Assembly: GCF_006345805.1 (NCBI RefSeq)
Contig: NC_043003.1
Span: forward strand, 17,546,001-17,610,000
DNA length: 64,000 bases
Direction: 5' to 3'
Source: Octopus sinensis
Lineage: Eukaryota
The notes under the pieces were generated by a model. The model saw only the letters and a list, made by a program, of their open reading frames with translations. It was not told the DNA's origin and did not search any database. Shown here one piece after another: positions 1 through 12,043 of this stretch (positions are counted from its first letter, which is position 1; each line of letters begins with the position of its first letter). Both the position numbers and the translations under genes were made by a program.

Positions 1-290
1 GTTATTGTCATCCATGCATCTATCCATTTCCTCCTTTTCTTTCGCCCTCCTCCCCCTCCTCCTCCTCTTCCTCCTTTTCTTTCTCCTCGGCGTTGTTATT
101 GTCGTCATCACTGTCATCGTCATCCGCATCGTTATCATCATCATCTTCATCACCACTACCACCACTGCCACCATCACCACCACCACCACCACCTCCATCA
201 TCATCATCATCATCATCATCCTCATCTTCATTGTCATTGCCATTGTAATTATCAATCTTCATTGTCATCATCATCATCATCATCACCACC

Positions 291-324
<34 letters not shown>

Positions 325-1045
325 TCATCATCCATCATCATCATCATCATCATCATCATTATCATTGCCATTGTCATTATCAATCCTCATTGTCATCATC
401 ATTGTTATCATCATCATCATCACCACTGTTGTCATCACCACCATTGTCATCATCATCATCATCATTGTCATCATCATCTTCTTTATTTCACACTCACTTT
501 TCCATTCTATGTGGGTTGGACTGACTAACTCCCTGCAAGTCAATACTTATTTAAGACTTACAACCCTCTCACATGGTCAGAGATCCCATCTCACTTCTAC
601 ATTTGATATTTAGCATCGTTTTTAAAACTGAAAGCTTTTCCTTTCATAAACTGCTCTATAGAGTATAGAAGGAATGTTTTACCATGGCACCAGCACTGGA
701 GATGTTGTCTTGTCATCAGCAAGACAAAAGAAAAACCCAGTCTTCTCTATCTCATGCTGTTTCTGTTTGTTTATTCAGAAACAAGGGTTTGTCTTTCAAC
801 TCCCAAACAGCAGCAGATAGAGGAGAGAGTGATGAAAGAGGATAAAGGAAGAGAATCAGAGTGATAGGAGCAAGATTTTTATAGTGGAGAGAGTAAAGGA
901 ACAACAAGAAAGAGAGAGAGAGTGAGAGAGAGAGAGAGAAAGTGAGGTGAAAGAGTGGTAAGATACTCAACAACAGAAGAAAGAGCCCTGGAAATGAAAT
1001 AATGATGGGAAAGACAGTAATGGGTGTTATGAGTATATGGTAGAG

Positions 1046-1913
1046 CAGTGCTTCTCAAAGTGGTGGTCCATGGACCAGTGCCAGTCTGTGAACCATCAGC
1101 TGCCTGTACGCAGCGAATTTCCAGAAAAGAAAGAAACATTATATTGGGTTGTCCGGAAAGTTTGTGCCGATTTATAGTAGCTTACCTTTCGACTTATCTT
1201 AGAACATGGTTGAGTCCATAAAATAGGATTTGGCTTCACCTCAATTTAGAGCACAGTTTAAGCTATCTTTTCGTGGAAGAAGGTTTATGTTCTTATAACC
1301 TGTGCTAATTCTGTAACCCTTTAAAATGGAAGATAAGAAAGTTCATTTTCGGCACTTGATGCTTTGGGAACCAGACAAAAAGTGCTGCAACTCAGCTGGG
1401 AGGTGTTACCCCACTCTCCATATTCACCAAATATTGCTCCTTCGGATTCCTACTTATTCAGGTCTCTGCAGAATAGTCTTAATGATAAAAATTTCAATTC
1501 CTTGGATGATGTAAAAAGATACCTTGATGAATTCTTTGCTATGAAACTACCTCAATTCTGGGAAGAGGGTATTTTCAAATTAAAGGAAAGATGGAGATGC
1601 ATTGTGAAACAAATTGGTTCATATCTGGTTGATTAAAAATGTACTGGCAAGTATTTATTGACCTTTTTCTTTCCTTTAAAAATTGGCACGAACTTTCCAG
1701 ACAACCCAATAAAATGCTTATAAAATGCTTATGTAATATTGTATTATTTGTTTACAAAATAGATATAAGATAAAAAAAATTGTCAACTTCTATTATATTC
1801 ATTATATATATTGTCTTTGGTATAAATTGATATTACTAAGAAATATTACCGGTCCCTGGCACATTGGAAAAAAAACTGCCGGTACGCTACATCAGATAGT
1901 TTGAGAAGCACTG
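1046..1913. mobile_element. hAT-type MITE interrupted by a mariner derivative
   Basis: TIRs CAGTGCTTCTCAAA...TTTGAGAAGCACTG; flanking 8-mers TGGTAGAG/TTGTAGAA (6/8 match); a second copy lies at 41992-43078. Confidence 0.8.
1144..1709 (+). mobile_element. Non-autonomous mariner (internal-deletion derivative), 566 bp
   Basis: TA TSD; TIRs TTGGGTTGTCCGGAAAG/CTTTCCAGACAACCCAA. The transposase N-terminus MEDKKVHFRHLMLWE is fused to the C-terminal ...WEVLPHSPYSPNIAPSDSYLFRSLQN segment. Confidence 0.92.
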
Positions 1914-1974
1914 TTGTAGAAGACATAAGCAGATTTTTCCTGTTTATTGACATAAATAATTTGATATATTTGAT

Positions 1975-2195
1975 AGGTGCAGGTACGGCTGTAAGGCTAA
2001 GAGGACAAACAAGGACAGACAAACGGATTAAGTCGATTATATCGACCCCAGTGCATAACTGGTACTTATTTAATCGACCCTGAAAAGATGAAAGGCAAAT
2101 TCGACCTCAGTGGAATTTGAACTCAGAACGTGGCGGCAGATGAAATACCGCTAAGCATTTCACCCAGTGTGCTAACGATTCTGCCAGCTTGCCAC
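1975..2195 (-). mobile_element. tRNA-head SINE family D copy
   Basis: Reverse complement of the element at 32698-32928 (GAGTTCAAATTCC B-box-like motif, cctttcatc...tcgattaaataagtaccag core). Confidence 0.7.
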
Positions 2196-2789
2196 CTTCT
2201 TTCAGGTTCACTTCAACTGTGCAACACCTTGAGTGATTGTCTACCATGGGTCGAGACTGACCAGTACTTTGTGAGTGAATTTGGTAGATGGAAATTGTGT
2301 AGAAACCGATTGTGTGAGTGTGTAAATATTTATATATATATATACATACACATCATCATCATTATGTGTGTGTGTGCTTTTGTGTGTATGTGTGTGTGTG
2401 TGTGCTTTTGTGTGTACGTGTGTGCCTTTGTGTCTGTATTTGTCCCCCACCATTGCTTGACAACCAGTGTTGGCTTTATTTCCTTCAAGCCTTTACATGT
2501 CCTCAGAATCCACAGCCTCTCATTTCACTACCATGTAGTGTATAGTGTTCATACACAAACACCATGCAACCTGCCTTTCACTCTGAGGAAGAGGCTCTTT
2601 GTCCTCATTGTCATCAACATCATCATCGTCATCAACAACTGTGCAAATGGTAATATAGAAAAGCTCAAACAGGAGATTGAATATCAAACAGTGAGAAAGA
2701 AAAGATGCCTAAGGTTCCAAGTAAAATATTTCATTGGAGAGAGAGATCATCTATCTACATGCAATACTGGATAAATAAGTCTGCAAACA

Positions 2790-3140
2790 ATCATCATCAT
2801 CATCATCATCATCATCGTTTAGCGTCCGCTTAGCATGGGTTGGACAGTTCAACTGGGGTCTGGGAAGCCGGAAGGCTGCACCAGGCCCAGTTTGATCTGG
2901 CAATGTTTCTACGGCTGGATGCCCTTCCTAACGCCAACCACTCCATGAGTGTAGTGGGTGCTTTTTACGTGCCACCGGCACAGGTGCCAGACGAGTCTGG
3001 CAAACGGCCACGATCGGATGGTGCTTTTTACGTGTCACCGGCACGGGGAGCAGGCGAGGCTGGCAATGGCCACGAACGGATGATGCTTTTTACGTGCCAC
3101 TGGCACAAGGCCAGTCGGGGCGGCACTGACAATGATTTTT
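2790..3140 (-). mobile_element. 5'-truncated RTE LINE 3'-UTR copy with (ATG)n tail
   Basis: Matches the 3' UTR of the RTE element at 60150-60520 (ttaggaagggcatccagccgtagaaac...ccatgctagcatgg...gatgatg). Confidence 0.8.
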
Positions 3141-3211
3141 AAAATTCATTTCTTCCTCACAATCTAAAGTTTGTCCCGATGTTTGAACCTTTTAAAACAA
3201 AAAGAACTTAC

Positions 3212-3370
3212 CTTTTCATAGGTAAAAGTAGCAAAAAGTGGTCGACGTAAAACAAATACATCTGACAGGATTTTTTTTGTTAAATCTTCTTTACCAAACA
3301 GAAATTTCAAGTTATTGCCAACTTGCCGAATAGTCAGATCTTTACCTATTACTAATGACATGGGAAATAC
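3212..3370 (-). CDS. Atypical soluble guanylate cyclase, second coding exon (start of PAS/HNOBA domain)
   Basis: tttattattccag|GTATTTCCC acceptor; 159 nt = VFPMSLVIGKDLTIRQVGNNLKFLFGKEDLTKKILSDVFVLRRPLFATFTYEK; AAG|GTAAGT donor. Phase 0 matches the upstream exon, and the sequence fits the sGC FPF..(F)...L.RP...T(F/W) pattern. Confidence 0.9.
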
Positions 3371-3453
3371 CTGGAATAATAAACAATTTTTTAACAATGA
3401 ATAGTTTTCTAGTGTTTTAATATAAAATTATCAATAAATATTATGTTTATGTA

Positions 3454-3965
3454 CTGTAAATCCTTGAGTATAGTCCGCATTTGAGTATAATACGCAGAGG
3501 ATTTTTAGGGGGCTGTACCTCTGAAAAACCTAAACCTTGTGTATAATATGCACCCCTTCTCTAACTTGAGTCAAGGAGGTCTATATAACGTCCTTGGTTT
3601 TTTAAAATGTATACGGTAACATACTTTATTATTATTGTATATATAACATAATGCGAACGTGTAGCTTTTTTGTGCATTTTGTTTGCAGAAAATAAAGAAA
3701 TAACAGTAATGACGTTTAATAAATGTTGCTTACTGCAAGTTATAGGTGATTCTTTTATGACTTCATTGCTTTCAGGCTTAGCTTAAGGTATTTTTGCGCC
3801 CGACATCACAAAATGCATCTGAATAAACATTGCTGGACAGCAAATAGAGACTCGGACATTGCTTAGAAAATAATTTTCATTTTTAACCTCATATATAATA
3901 TGCACTAGGGATTTTGACCTTTAAATTTTGGGAAAAAAATATAGATTATACTCGAGGATTTACGG
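3454..3965. mobile_element. Tc1/mariner-superfamily MITE (pogo/Tc2-type termini)
   Basis: TA|CTGTAAATCCTTGAGTATA...TATACTCGAGGATTTACGG|TA; a partial inverted copy lies at ~32950-33089. Confidence 0.8.
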
Positions 3966-4011
3966 TATTTGTTTTGCAAGATTCCTGATGTGAAATCGTG
4001 TGTTGAAAAAA

Positions 4012-4392
4012 ATATTGTTATATTGGGGGTGGGTCCTTTTTCCTTTTTGTTTTTGGCAAATAACCACAGATGCCACATGGCTGTTCTTTATTTCAGCTTT
4101 ATTATAATTCTTATTTTTGTTTCCCATGTCTGAAATCTTTTATTACATATCTTGTGACCTCTTCAATGTTTCTTCATCCCATGTGTCTCTTCCTGTTCCA
4201 GACTAAACAGAACAAGAGACACATGAGATGGAGAGTCGCTGAAGAGGTCACAAGATGTGTGACAAAATATTTCAGACAAAGGACAAAAAAATAGGTATAC
4301 TAATAAAGCTTAAGTGAAGAATCAGCAATTAGTGTGTGTGGTAATTTGCCAAAAACAAAAAATAATTACAATACTCAAATATAGCAATATCA
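4012..4392. mobile_element. Diverged ~380-bp palindromic element with a hammerhead-like motif, in sGC intron 1
   Basis: Arms mirror around ~4203 (gtctgaaatc...gtgacctcttca...catgtgtctctt vs aagagacacatg...ctgaagaggtcac...tatttcagac); same family as 16144-16893. Confidence 0.7.
4235..4277 (+). ncRNA. Degenerate type I minimal hammerhead ribozyme motif
   Basis: GTCG CTGAAGA G GTCAC aagatgt GTGAC AAAATATTTC AGAC; G12 appears mutated; homologous to the 16.6-16.7 kb motifs. Confidence 0.5.
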
Positions 4393-4605
4393 ATAAATAA
4401 CTTTTGTTAAAATTATAAATATATAAATACATACATATATATATATATATAACATTATCAAGTATCAATGTTTAATAAGAAAAAGACAATAGGCCCTTTG
4501 GTGTGGTTTCAACTGTAAATCTTTAAACTGTTTCAGTTTAAAGCTGTGGTCATGCTGGGGCACCACTGTATACAATTGATTTATTGGCTACTATACAGAG
4601 TGACT

Positions 4606-4907
4606 AGTGGAGGCACATGTCCTAGTGGTTAGAGCAGTGGACTCACAGTCGAGGGATCATGGGTTCGAATCTCAGACCGGGCGATGTGTGTGTTTATGAA
4701 CGAAACACCTAAGCTCCACGTGACTCCGGCAGAAGGTAATGGTGAACTTCTGCTGACTCTTTCTCCACAACTATCTCTCACTCTTTCCTCCTGCATCTTG
4801 TAGCACACCTGCGACGGACCAGTGTCACATCCAGGTGGAGAACCTATGTGCCAAGGAAACCAAGAAACTGGCCCTAATGAGCCACGCATGGCTCGAGAAG
4901 GAACAAG
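4606..4907 (+). mobile_element. tRNA-head SINE family B, full length with 15-bp TSD
   Basis: A/B-box-like head (tagtggttagagc...ggttcgaatc); TSD CTATACAGAGTGACT at 4591-4605 and 4908-4922. Confidence 0.9.
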
Positions 4908-5625
4908 CTATACAGAGTGACTGTCATTTCTCTCTGTTGAATGTAGAGCTATAAATGTTTATTGGTGGGGCTACATCGTTTAGTGGTTAGGGTATTGCAC
5001 TTATGATCATAAGATTGTGGGTTCAGTTCCTGAACTGGGCAGTACATTGTGTTCTTGAGCAAAACACTTCATTTTATGTTACTACAGTCTATTCAGCAGG
5101 CAAAAATTAGTAATTTCTGTGATGGACTTGCATCCTAGTGTGTGTGTTTACATATGTTTGTGTGTGTGTATGTGTGTTTACATATGTGTGTGTGTTTACA
5201 TATGTTTATGTGTGTTTACATGTTTGTGTGTGTTTTTGTGTGTGAGTGTATGTGTATATGTGTGTCCATGTACATTTGTATGTGTGTGTATGTGCACCAC
5301 CACCACCACAACCACCACCTCCACCTCCACCATTTCAGAACTAGTGTTGGTTTGTTTATGTCCTTGTATCATAGTGATTTGGCAAAAGAGATCAATAGAA
5401 CAAGTACCAGACTTCAAAAATAAGCACTGGTGCCGATTAGTCTTGACTAAAAAACCCTCATGGCAGTGCCCCAGCATGGCCACGCTTCAATTATTGGAAC
5501 AAGTGAGAGACAGAACAAAAAGATGATAAATAAAAAAATATAAATAGATTAAAAATTTAAAAAAAAGACTAAAAAATTAAAATAAAATAAAAATAGACTA
5601 AAAAATTAAAATAAATTAAACTTAC

Positions 5626-6258
5626 CTCAAAAAAGAAATCGGATGAAATTTCTGGAAACAAATTATCATTGATGGGTTGTTTTTGCAATGTAAAAGGCCA
5701 ATTATCAAATAATAACTTAAATTCTACTCGGCAGCCGTTACTCAAGGCATCTTTAACACTTAGAACTTCAATTGTGAGATCAACTTTGAAGATATGTGCG
5801 CATTCTTGCAGCTGTCCCATAACGTAGTGAATGAAACCTTTTCTGCTTGATGTGTAGCTCAATATGCAACCATTTACGTCTTCCTTCTCAACAATGAATG
5901 TCGGACTGATCATTTTTGGATAGCTGAAGCGTATGGTTTCATGCAGGTTGTTAATCTCGTGTAGAAAATCACGGAAATATCTTCCAGATAGAGTCAGTAT
6001 TTGGTCGTATTTGTAAGTTGAACAAAACTTGAGGAAGCATTTGCCAAAATAACACATGTAGTCTTCGGGTAATTTATCTTTCAAAATATGGCTGCAAGCT
6101 TTCGCTAGATTAAGCATCAGTGCATTTTCATACATTGTATGAGTGGAAAATTCACTTTCGCTGTCTAATCCAACATAATTCAGCACTTTTTTCCATATTT
6201 TTCTTCCGTATTCTTTTACAACAATGGATTCAATACTTAAGAATAAAAGACCATACAT
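5626..6258 (-). CDS. Atypical soluble guanylate cyclase (Gyc-88E/89D-like), first coding exon: complete H-NOX (HNOB) heme domain
   Basis: ATG at 6258 gives MYGLL...; conserved H-NOX features NLH (proximal His), RFSYPKM.SP.F, YxSxR (YTSSRKG) and FIHYVMGQL. The exon is 633 nt (211 codons) and ends FFFE|GTAAGT (phase 0 donor at 5625). A pyrimidine tract with AG acceptor lies 9 nt upstream of the ATG. Confidence 0.95.
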
Positions 6259-6724
6259 TTTGGAACGCTACAAAAAGGAAAAAAAGAACAGAAAGGAAAA
6301 TGAAATTGAAGCAATAAAGAGATCAAATAAAAAATTTCTATAGCTTACATTGTATCCTTACATTAGTTTCACGGTGAATAGAAAAATATAAGCATGATAA
6401 GAGTGCTGAAATAATCCACCAGAGGTTTTGTAAGAGATTTGGTTTTACAAAACCAGAAAAGAGCTTTGACCATTTTATGGCAAGCATATTCTTTTACAAC
6501 AATGGATTCAATGCATAAGAATAAAAGGACATACATTTTAGAATGCTAAAAGAAAAAAATAGAAAGATACTAACATTAAAAAAAATGCCAATAGCTTACG
6601 TTGTATCAGACTGTCCTTACATTAGTTTCACAATGATTACAAAAAATATAGGCATGAAAAGAATGCTGAAGTAATCCACAGGAGAGTATTCTTAGAGATT
6701 TGGTTTTACAAGACCAGAAAAGAG
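6209..6724 (-). repeat. Diverged tandem duplication of the sGC start region (6209-6463 and 6487-6724)
   Basis: Two copies 278 nt apart. The upstream copy begins ATG(6536) MYVLLFLCIESIVVKEY versus MYGLLFLSIESIVVKEY in the gene. Confidence 0.9.
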
Positions 6725-6726
6725 TT

Positions 6727-7116
6727 ATTCTTTTACTCTTTTATTTGTTTCAGTCATTTGACTGCGGCCATGCTGGAGCACTGCTTTTAATCGAGCAAAT
6801 CGACACCGGGACTTATTCTTTTGTAAGCCCAGTACTTATTCTATCAGTCTCTTTTTCCGAACCGCTAAGTAACGGGGATATAAACACACCAGCATCGGTT
6901 GTCAAGCAATGCTAGGGGGACAAACACAGACACACAAACACACACACGCATACATATATACATATATACGACAGGCTTCTTGCAGTTTCTGTCTACCAAA
7001 TCCACTCACAAGGCTTTGGTCGGCCCGAGGCTATAGTAGAAAACACTTGCCCAAGGTGTCACGCAGTGGGACTGAACCCAGAACCATGTACTTACCACAC
7101 AGCCACTCCTGCGCCT
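6727..7116 (-). mobile_element. tRNA-head SINE family A copy (most abundant family in the window)
   Basis: Head ggcgcaggagtggctgtgtggtaag...gggttcagtccc, (TA/TG)n middle, tail ...gactgaaacaa(gtaaaaga)n. Confidence 0.88.
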
Positions 7117-7604
7117 ATGGCCATTTTGTGGGAATAAAAATGACAGTCCTGTAAACAATGTTAGGAGGCTGTTTAGAAATTTTTCTATACAAACTGAGAA
7201 AAAAAAAAGGAACACAAGACAAATATTATTCTTATTCATAAGAAGAAACTATCTTTTGTAAGTGATGTAGAACCATTTGATACCAGAGTCAAGGAAAAAG
7301 AAAAAGAAAAAGAAAAGTTACATTTACCTTTTTTGGGGGGGGGGAAGATTCATGTCACAATGTGTGTTGGAACAGATATTGTCATACTTGGAGATGGTAA
7401 TTTTTTTTCCCCATTTAAACATGCAGTAATTCTAAAGATAAGAGTTTTATACCAATAAGTGTAGGCATGGCTATTGCAATGAGAAGAGTGCTTCATAACT
7501 ACAAGTTCTACCTTGGGTAAGTGTGTCCACTAAAGCTTTGTAAGTGGATATGGTAGATGGAAACTGAAAGAAGACTGTTGTGTGTGTGTACGTACATACA
7601 TACA

Positions 7605-7640
<36 letters not shown>

Positions 7641-7957
7641 CCGTATTTGATAGCCTATAAGATGCATGAGTGCATAGGATGCACCTTAGCCTAGGCTATA
7701 CTTTTTAAAAATAAATCAGCACTAAAATAATGTTTCAGTTTTTCCACTTACCTGTACAACTTAATGTTAACTGGTAATTATAAGCAATTTATTGCATCCA
7801 CATTCGATATAAACATACTGCAGGTAATTAGTCACCAATAGATGGCAGCACACGTTTTGTAAACAAACATACCATTTGAGCAAGTTTTGAGCCTACCTTG
7901 AGTGCATTGGCCACAGGGCGATTTTTTAAGGTGCGTCTTATAGGCTATCAAATCTGG
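7641..7957. mobile_element. Tc1/mariner-superfamily MITE (pogo/Tc2-type termini)
   Basis: TA|CCGTATTTGATAGCCTATAAGA...TCTTATAGGCTATCAAATCTGG|TA. Confidence 0.8.
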
Positions 7958-8502
7958 TATATATATATATATATATATACATATCATATATCATCATCAT
8001 CGTTTAACGTCCGCTTTCCATGCTAGCATGGGTTGGACGGTTCAACTGGGGTCTGGCAAGCCCGAAGGCTGCACCAGGCCAGTCAGATATGGCAGTGTTT
8101 CTACAGCTGGATGCCCTTCCTAATGCCAATATTATATCCCCCTCCTCATCATTATTATTTAACATCCTCTTTTCTATGTTTGCATGGATCAAATAGATTT
8201 TATCGAGGGAGATTTCTATGGCTAGATTCCCTTCTTGTTGCCTACCATCACCTGTTCCCAAGCAAGGTAATATTTCCTCATAGCCAGACATGTTCTTATA
8301 AAATACTAGAAATGAGTGACACTGCTTGTGCGACAGTGACAATCATTTACGACTATCATACAACTTCATGACAAGGACACACATCCACACACACATGTAA
8401 ACATCCAGACACACAGACACAGACACACACACAGACATGTATATAAAGGTAAGATCCAAGGATCAAGGCGTAATAGTGGTCTATTGACGTAGAAGGTTTT
8501 AT

Positions 8503-8872
8503 TATTTTATTCTTTTACTTGTTTCAGTCATTTGACCATGGCCATGCTGGAGCACCGCCTTTTAGTCAAGCAAATCGAATCCAGAACTAGTTCTTTGTAA
8601 GCCTAGTACTTATTTTATCGGTCTCTTTTGCCAAACCACTAAGTTGCGGGGACGTAAACACACCAGCATCGTTTGTCAAGTGATGTTGGGGGGAAAAACA
8701 CAGACACACAAACATATATATACATATATACGACAGGCTTCTTTCAGTTTCTGTCTGCCAAATCCACTCATAAGGCTTTGGTTGGCCCGAGGCTATTGTA
8801 GAAGACACTTGCCCAAGGTGCTATGCAGTGTGACTAACCACAAGCTACTAACCACACAGCCACTCCTGCACT
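8503..8872 (-). mobile_element. SINE family A copy
   Basis: Same head and tail as 6727-7116. Confidence 0.85.
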
Positions 8873-9118
8873 TATTCTAAATACTTCCCATATCAAAGTG
8901 AGATGAGCTGAAAAATGTTATTTCATAGTTCATGGTTAGCAACTGGGGCTGCTGTGTATGCTAATAAAAATCCAAATTTAGGGATTTGAACAGATGCATT
9001 CTAGGCTACATAGTAGGGAGTATTCCATTAGCTATTCATCAAGTCAAAGATACCTTAGTCAAATGAAGGTTACATTGTTATCGAGGGAACCCATGTTAAC
9101 TTGAGATTTGATAAAATA

Positions 9119-9163
<45 letters not shown>

Positions 9164-9164
9164 T

Positions 9165-9415
9165 GTGGAGGTGTGTGGCTTAGTGTTTAGGGTATCAGCA
9201 CCATGATCGTAAGATTGTGGTTTCGATTCGTGGACTGAGCATCATGTTGTGTTCTTGAGCCAAACACTTCATTTCACGTTGCTCTAGTTCACTTAGCTAG
9301 CAAAAATGAGTAACGCCGCGATGGACTGGCGTCCCATCCAGCTGGGGAACACATACGCCATAGAAACTGGGAAACCAAGCCCATGAGCCTGGCTACGCTT
9401 TAAAAGGGCTCATTT
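9165..9415 (+). mobile_element. tRNA-head SINE family C copy
   Basis: tggcttagtg...ggtttcgattc head and gatggactggcgtcccatccag core; a second copy lies at 15302-15555. Confidence 0.8.
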
Positions 9416-9559
9416 ATTTTTATATATTATATATATACACATATGGGTTTAGTCCCACTGCATGGCACCTTGGGTAAGTGTCTTCTACTATAGCCTCGGG
9501 CTGACCAAAGCCTTATAAGTAAATCTGGTAGACATAAACGGAAAAAAGCCTGTTGTAGC

Positions 9560-9845
9560 GAGGCACAAAGAAGCTAATGCCATTTTGAAACAGCGAGATC
9601 TCGTCTGCAACCATTATTTAAGGGAAAGACATTTTCCCTCGCATTCTTCTCATGCTGACACCGAGCAAGAGTTCAAAGCCAGGAGCTCATAGCGGACTTT
9701 TGTCCTGCTGTGATACCACATGCATTTGTCTCCAGAAGTTATTGAACCTCACATGTATGGGAGAGAAGACTAACTATGCACTGCTGTGAAGATGGTTACT
9801 GAAAGCAAACCCCTTGAATGAAGCACCTGTGAATAAATGATTATT
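9560..9845 (+). mobile_element. Possible decayed CR1/L2-like LINE 3' end
   Basis: Remnant RTFV(P)A..P reading followed by an aataaatga end; frameshifted and short. Confidence 0.35.
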
Positions 9846-10553
9846 GAATTTAGTCTGCTTGAGAAATTCCTTCTTCGTATTTCTAGCTCCTTCAATCAAC
9901 AGAATAATTATAATGGAAGAAGAAGATACTCACAAGAGTATCATAAAAACCTTCTATTATACCGTCAATATATATATATATAATCAACGACCTCGAACCC
10001 ACAAGAGTAAACAAGAGAGACAAAGACAGGCAGAAACAAGAAAAAAGCCCCTTGTATTTGAATACTATGCAAATATTCTTTTAAAAAAAACTTTTCTTTT
10101 AATTTTTCCAAAATTTAATTGTTTTCCATACTTACAGTTAAAAAAGTTTCAATGACTGAAACCGGTACTGAAATGATTTTTATAAAATTATTTTAGCATT
10201 TTCTACCTTGACCTTTTTTCCATATATGTGTGTGTGTGTGTGTGTGTGTGTTAGATGATACAAAAAAGGGACAAGACAAAATGGGTCATTTGGAGATTTT
10301 TCTCCTCAATCAAGTTCCAGATTATCTTTGCAGTTTCAGCTTGTCATACTCGAAACTGCTCCAATTTGGCCAGCCCCAAGGAAAATTTAAGCTAAGAGCT
10401 CTAGATTCCTTGGAAGAAAGCAGTGAATGTATACGAAAACAAGGGCAGAAAAAAAAACAGAGAAATGGTTCACAAATACAAATGTAAACAACAGGACTTT
10501 TACCAAAGGTGTCTCTCGACTAAGGACGAATTCGTCAGCTTAATTTAATGTAA

Positions 10554-10594
10554 TAGACAGACAGACAGACAGACAGGCAGACAGACAGACAGAC

Positions 10595-10633
<39 letters not shown>

Positions 10634-10638
10634 TAGAC

Positions 10639-10689
<51 letters not shown>

Positions 10690-10730
10690 GATAGATAGAT
10701 AGATAGATAGATAGGCAGACAGACAGATAG
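10554..10730. repeat. (GACA)n/(GATA)n compound microsatellite
   Basis: Seen directly in the sequence. Confidence 0.95.
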
Positions 10731-11750
10731 TTAGATAACTCTTTTTATTAGCCACTCAGAGCTGAACCCAAAGAGGACAAATACAAATGCAGAGCTTTTC
10801 TTCTTGAAAATGAAGAAAAAGGGGAAAATAAGAAAAAAAGTAAAATTCCAATCAAAAGGGATTGGGGGAAAAAAAGGATAGATAGAAAAATAAATAGATA
10901 GATAGAAAGATAGATGGACAGATAAACACACACACACACACACGTATGTATATATATGTGTATGCCTGTACATATGTACGTATGTATGACCAATTTTCTT
11001 TATGTCAATAAATAAAAGAGAAGAGTTGTTACATTACCAATATAATATTATATTATCATTTATATCTATTTACACATTTAATTACAGTCTCTAGATTAAT
11101 TAAGACCCTGATACTTAATTTATATATTTATATATTGTTGTTGTATGTTACTATAAAAACCAAAGATTGTCTTCAACCTAAACGAATTTGGATTAATACT
11201 ATTCGAGATATATAGAAATATATTTCGATTTTAATTTATATTTTGATAGTTGTTGGTTCCATTTACTTAATTATCTTGTCTGTTATAATTTTGTTGTTTT
11301 TTTAAATTGTAATTGCTATGTAGTTGAAAAGTTAATGCTCACACTCCTAAACATAGACATTTGAATTAACTTTTTTACAATCCAGCTGTTTTTCACATAG
11401 AATTTCATCTCTCTTTAAACAAAAGCTCTGAAGATACTTATATAAATGGATATGAATTGTTTATAAATCAAATAGTGTATATAAGTCAAAACAAATTGCT
11501 GGCGCTTTTGATATTTTAATGATTTTTATGTTAACATATATTATATTCATAGTATATTATGTTATATTGTAATATAAATAAATTATTGGATTGTCAATAG
11601 TATCTATTTAATTTATTGCTAGTAATTTACATTATGCTCTATTTATGTGAAATTCAACTGATGTACCAGTGAGTTGGATGTTTTACACACCACTTTGAAG
11701 GAATTCCTTTCCTTAGTTTGTTACTTTGTTACTTATCTATATAGATAGAT

Positions 11751-11982
11751 AGACAAACCGCTATTTTAAAATGAATTAATATTGAATTTTAATTTTTTAA
11801 AAATTAAATTTTAATATTATCGATTTATATATTTAGTCATGAAATGTGCGTAGTCAATTTAATGTTTGATTTGTTATGACATTTTTGTAATAATAGTTAT
11901 AAGATATTTAATTAATTCCTATGTGGATATTATAGATAATATCTTTTCACTATTGACAGAATAACAAAATAGCGGTTTGTCT
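11751..11982. mobile_element. Putative MITE with 17-bp TIRs
   Basis: AGACAAACCGCTATTTT (11751-11767) and AAAATAGCGGTTTGTCT (11966-11982); AT-rich interior; TSD unclear. Confidence 0.5.
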
Positions 11983-11993
11983 TTAAATTCTAC

Positions 11994-12024
<31 letters not shown>

Positions 12025-12043
12025 TATATAAAATAAGACAAAT

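Noticed and set aside
1-613. Long His-, Ile- and Asp-rich ORFs on both strands
   Set aside because: Translations of a (CAT/CAC)n microsatellite; stop-free by composition.
1326-1636. Mariner ORFs as functional or domesticated genes (also 13664-14694 and 62539-62849)
   Set aside because: Internal deletion or multiple stops and frameshifts remove the catalytic core.
1-3211. Further sGC exons (rest of PAS, coiled coil, cyclase domain)
   Set aside because: No splice-flanked open frame with sGC similarity was found; a GTAAG donor near 560 has stops in all upstream frames. The gene presumably continues beyond the left edge.
4606-4680. tRNA genes at the various A/B-box heads
   Set aside because: All continue into SINE bodies; none forms a complete cloverleaf with a terminator.
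5569-5625. C-terminal 18 aa of the 229-aa ORF (VSLIYFNF...)
   Set aside because: Intron read-through past the GTAAGT donor.
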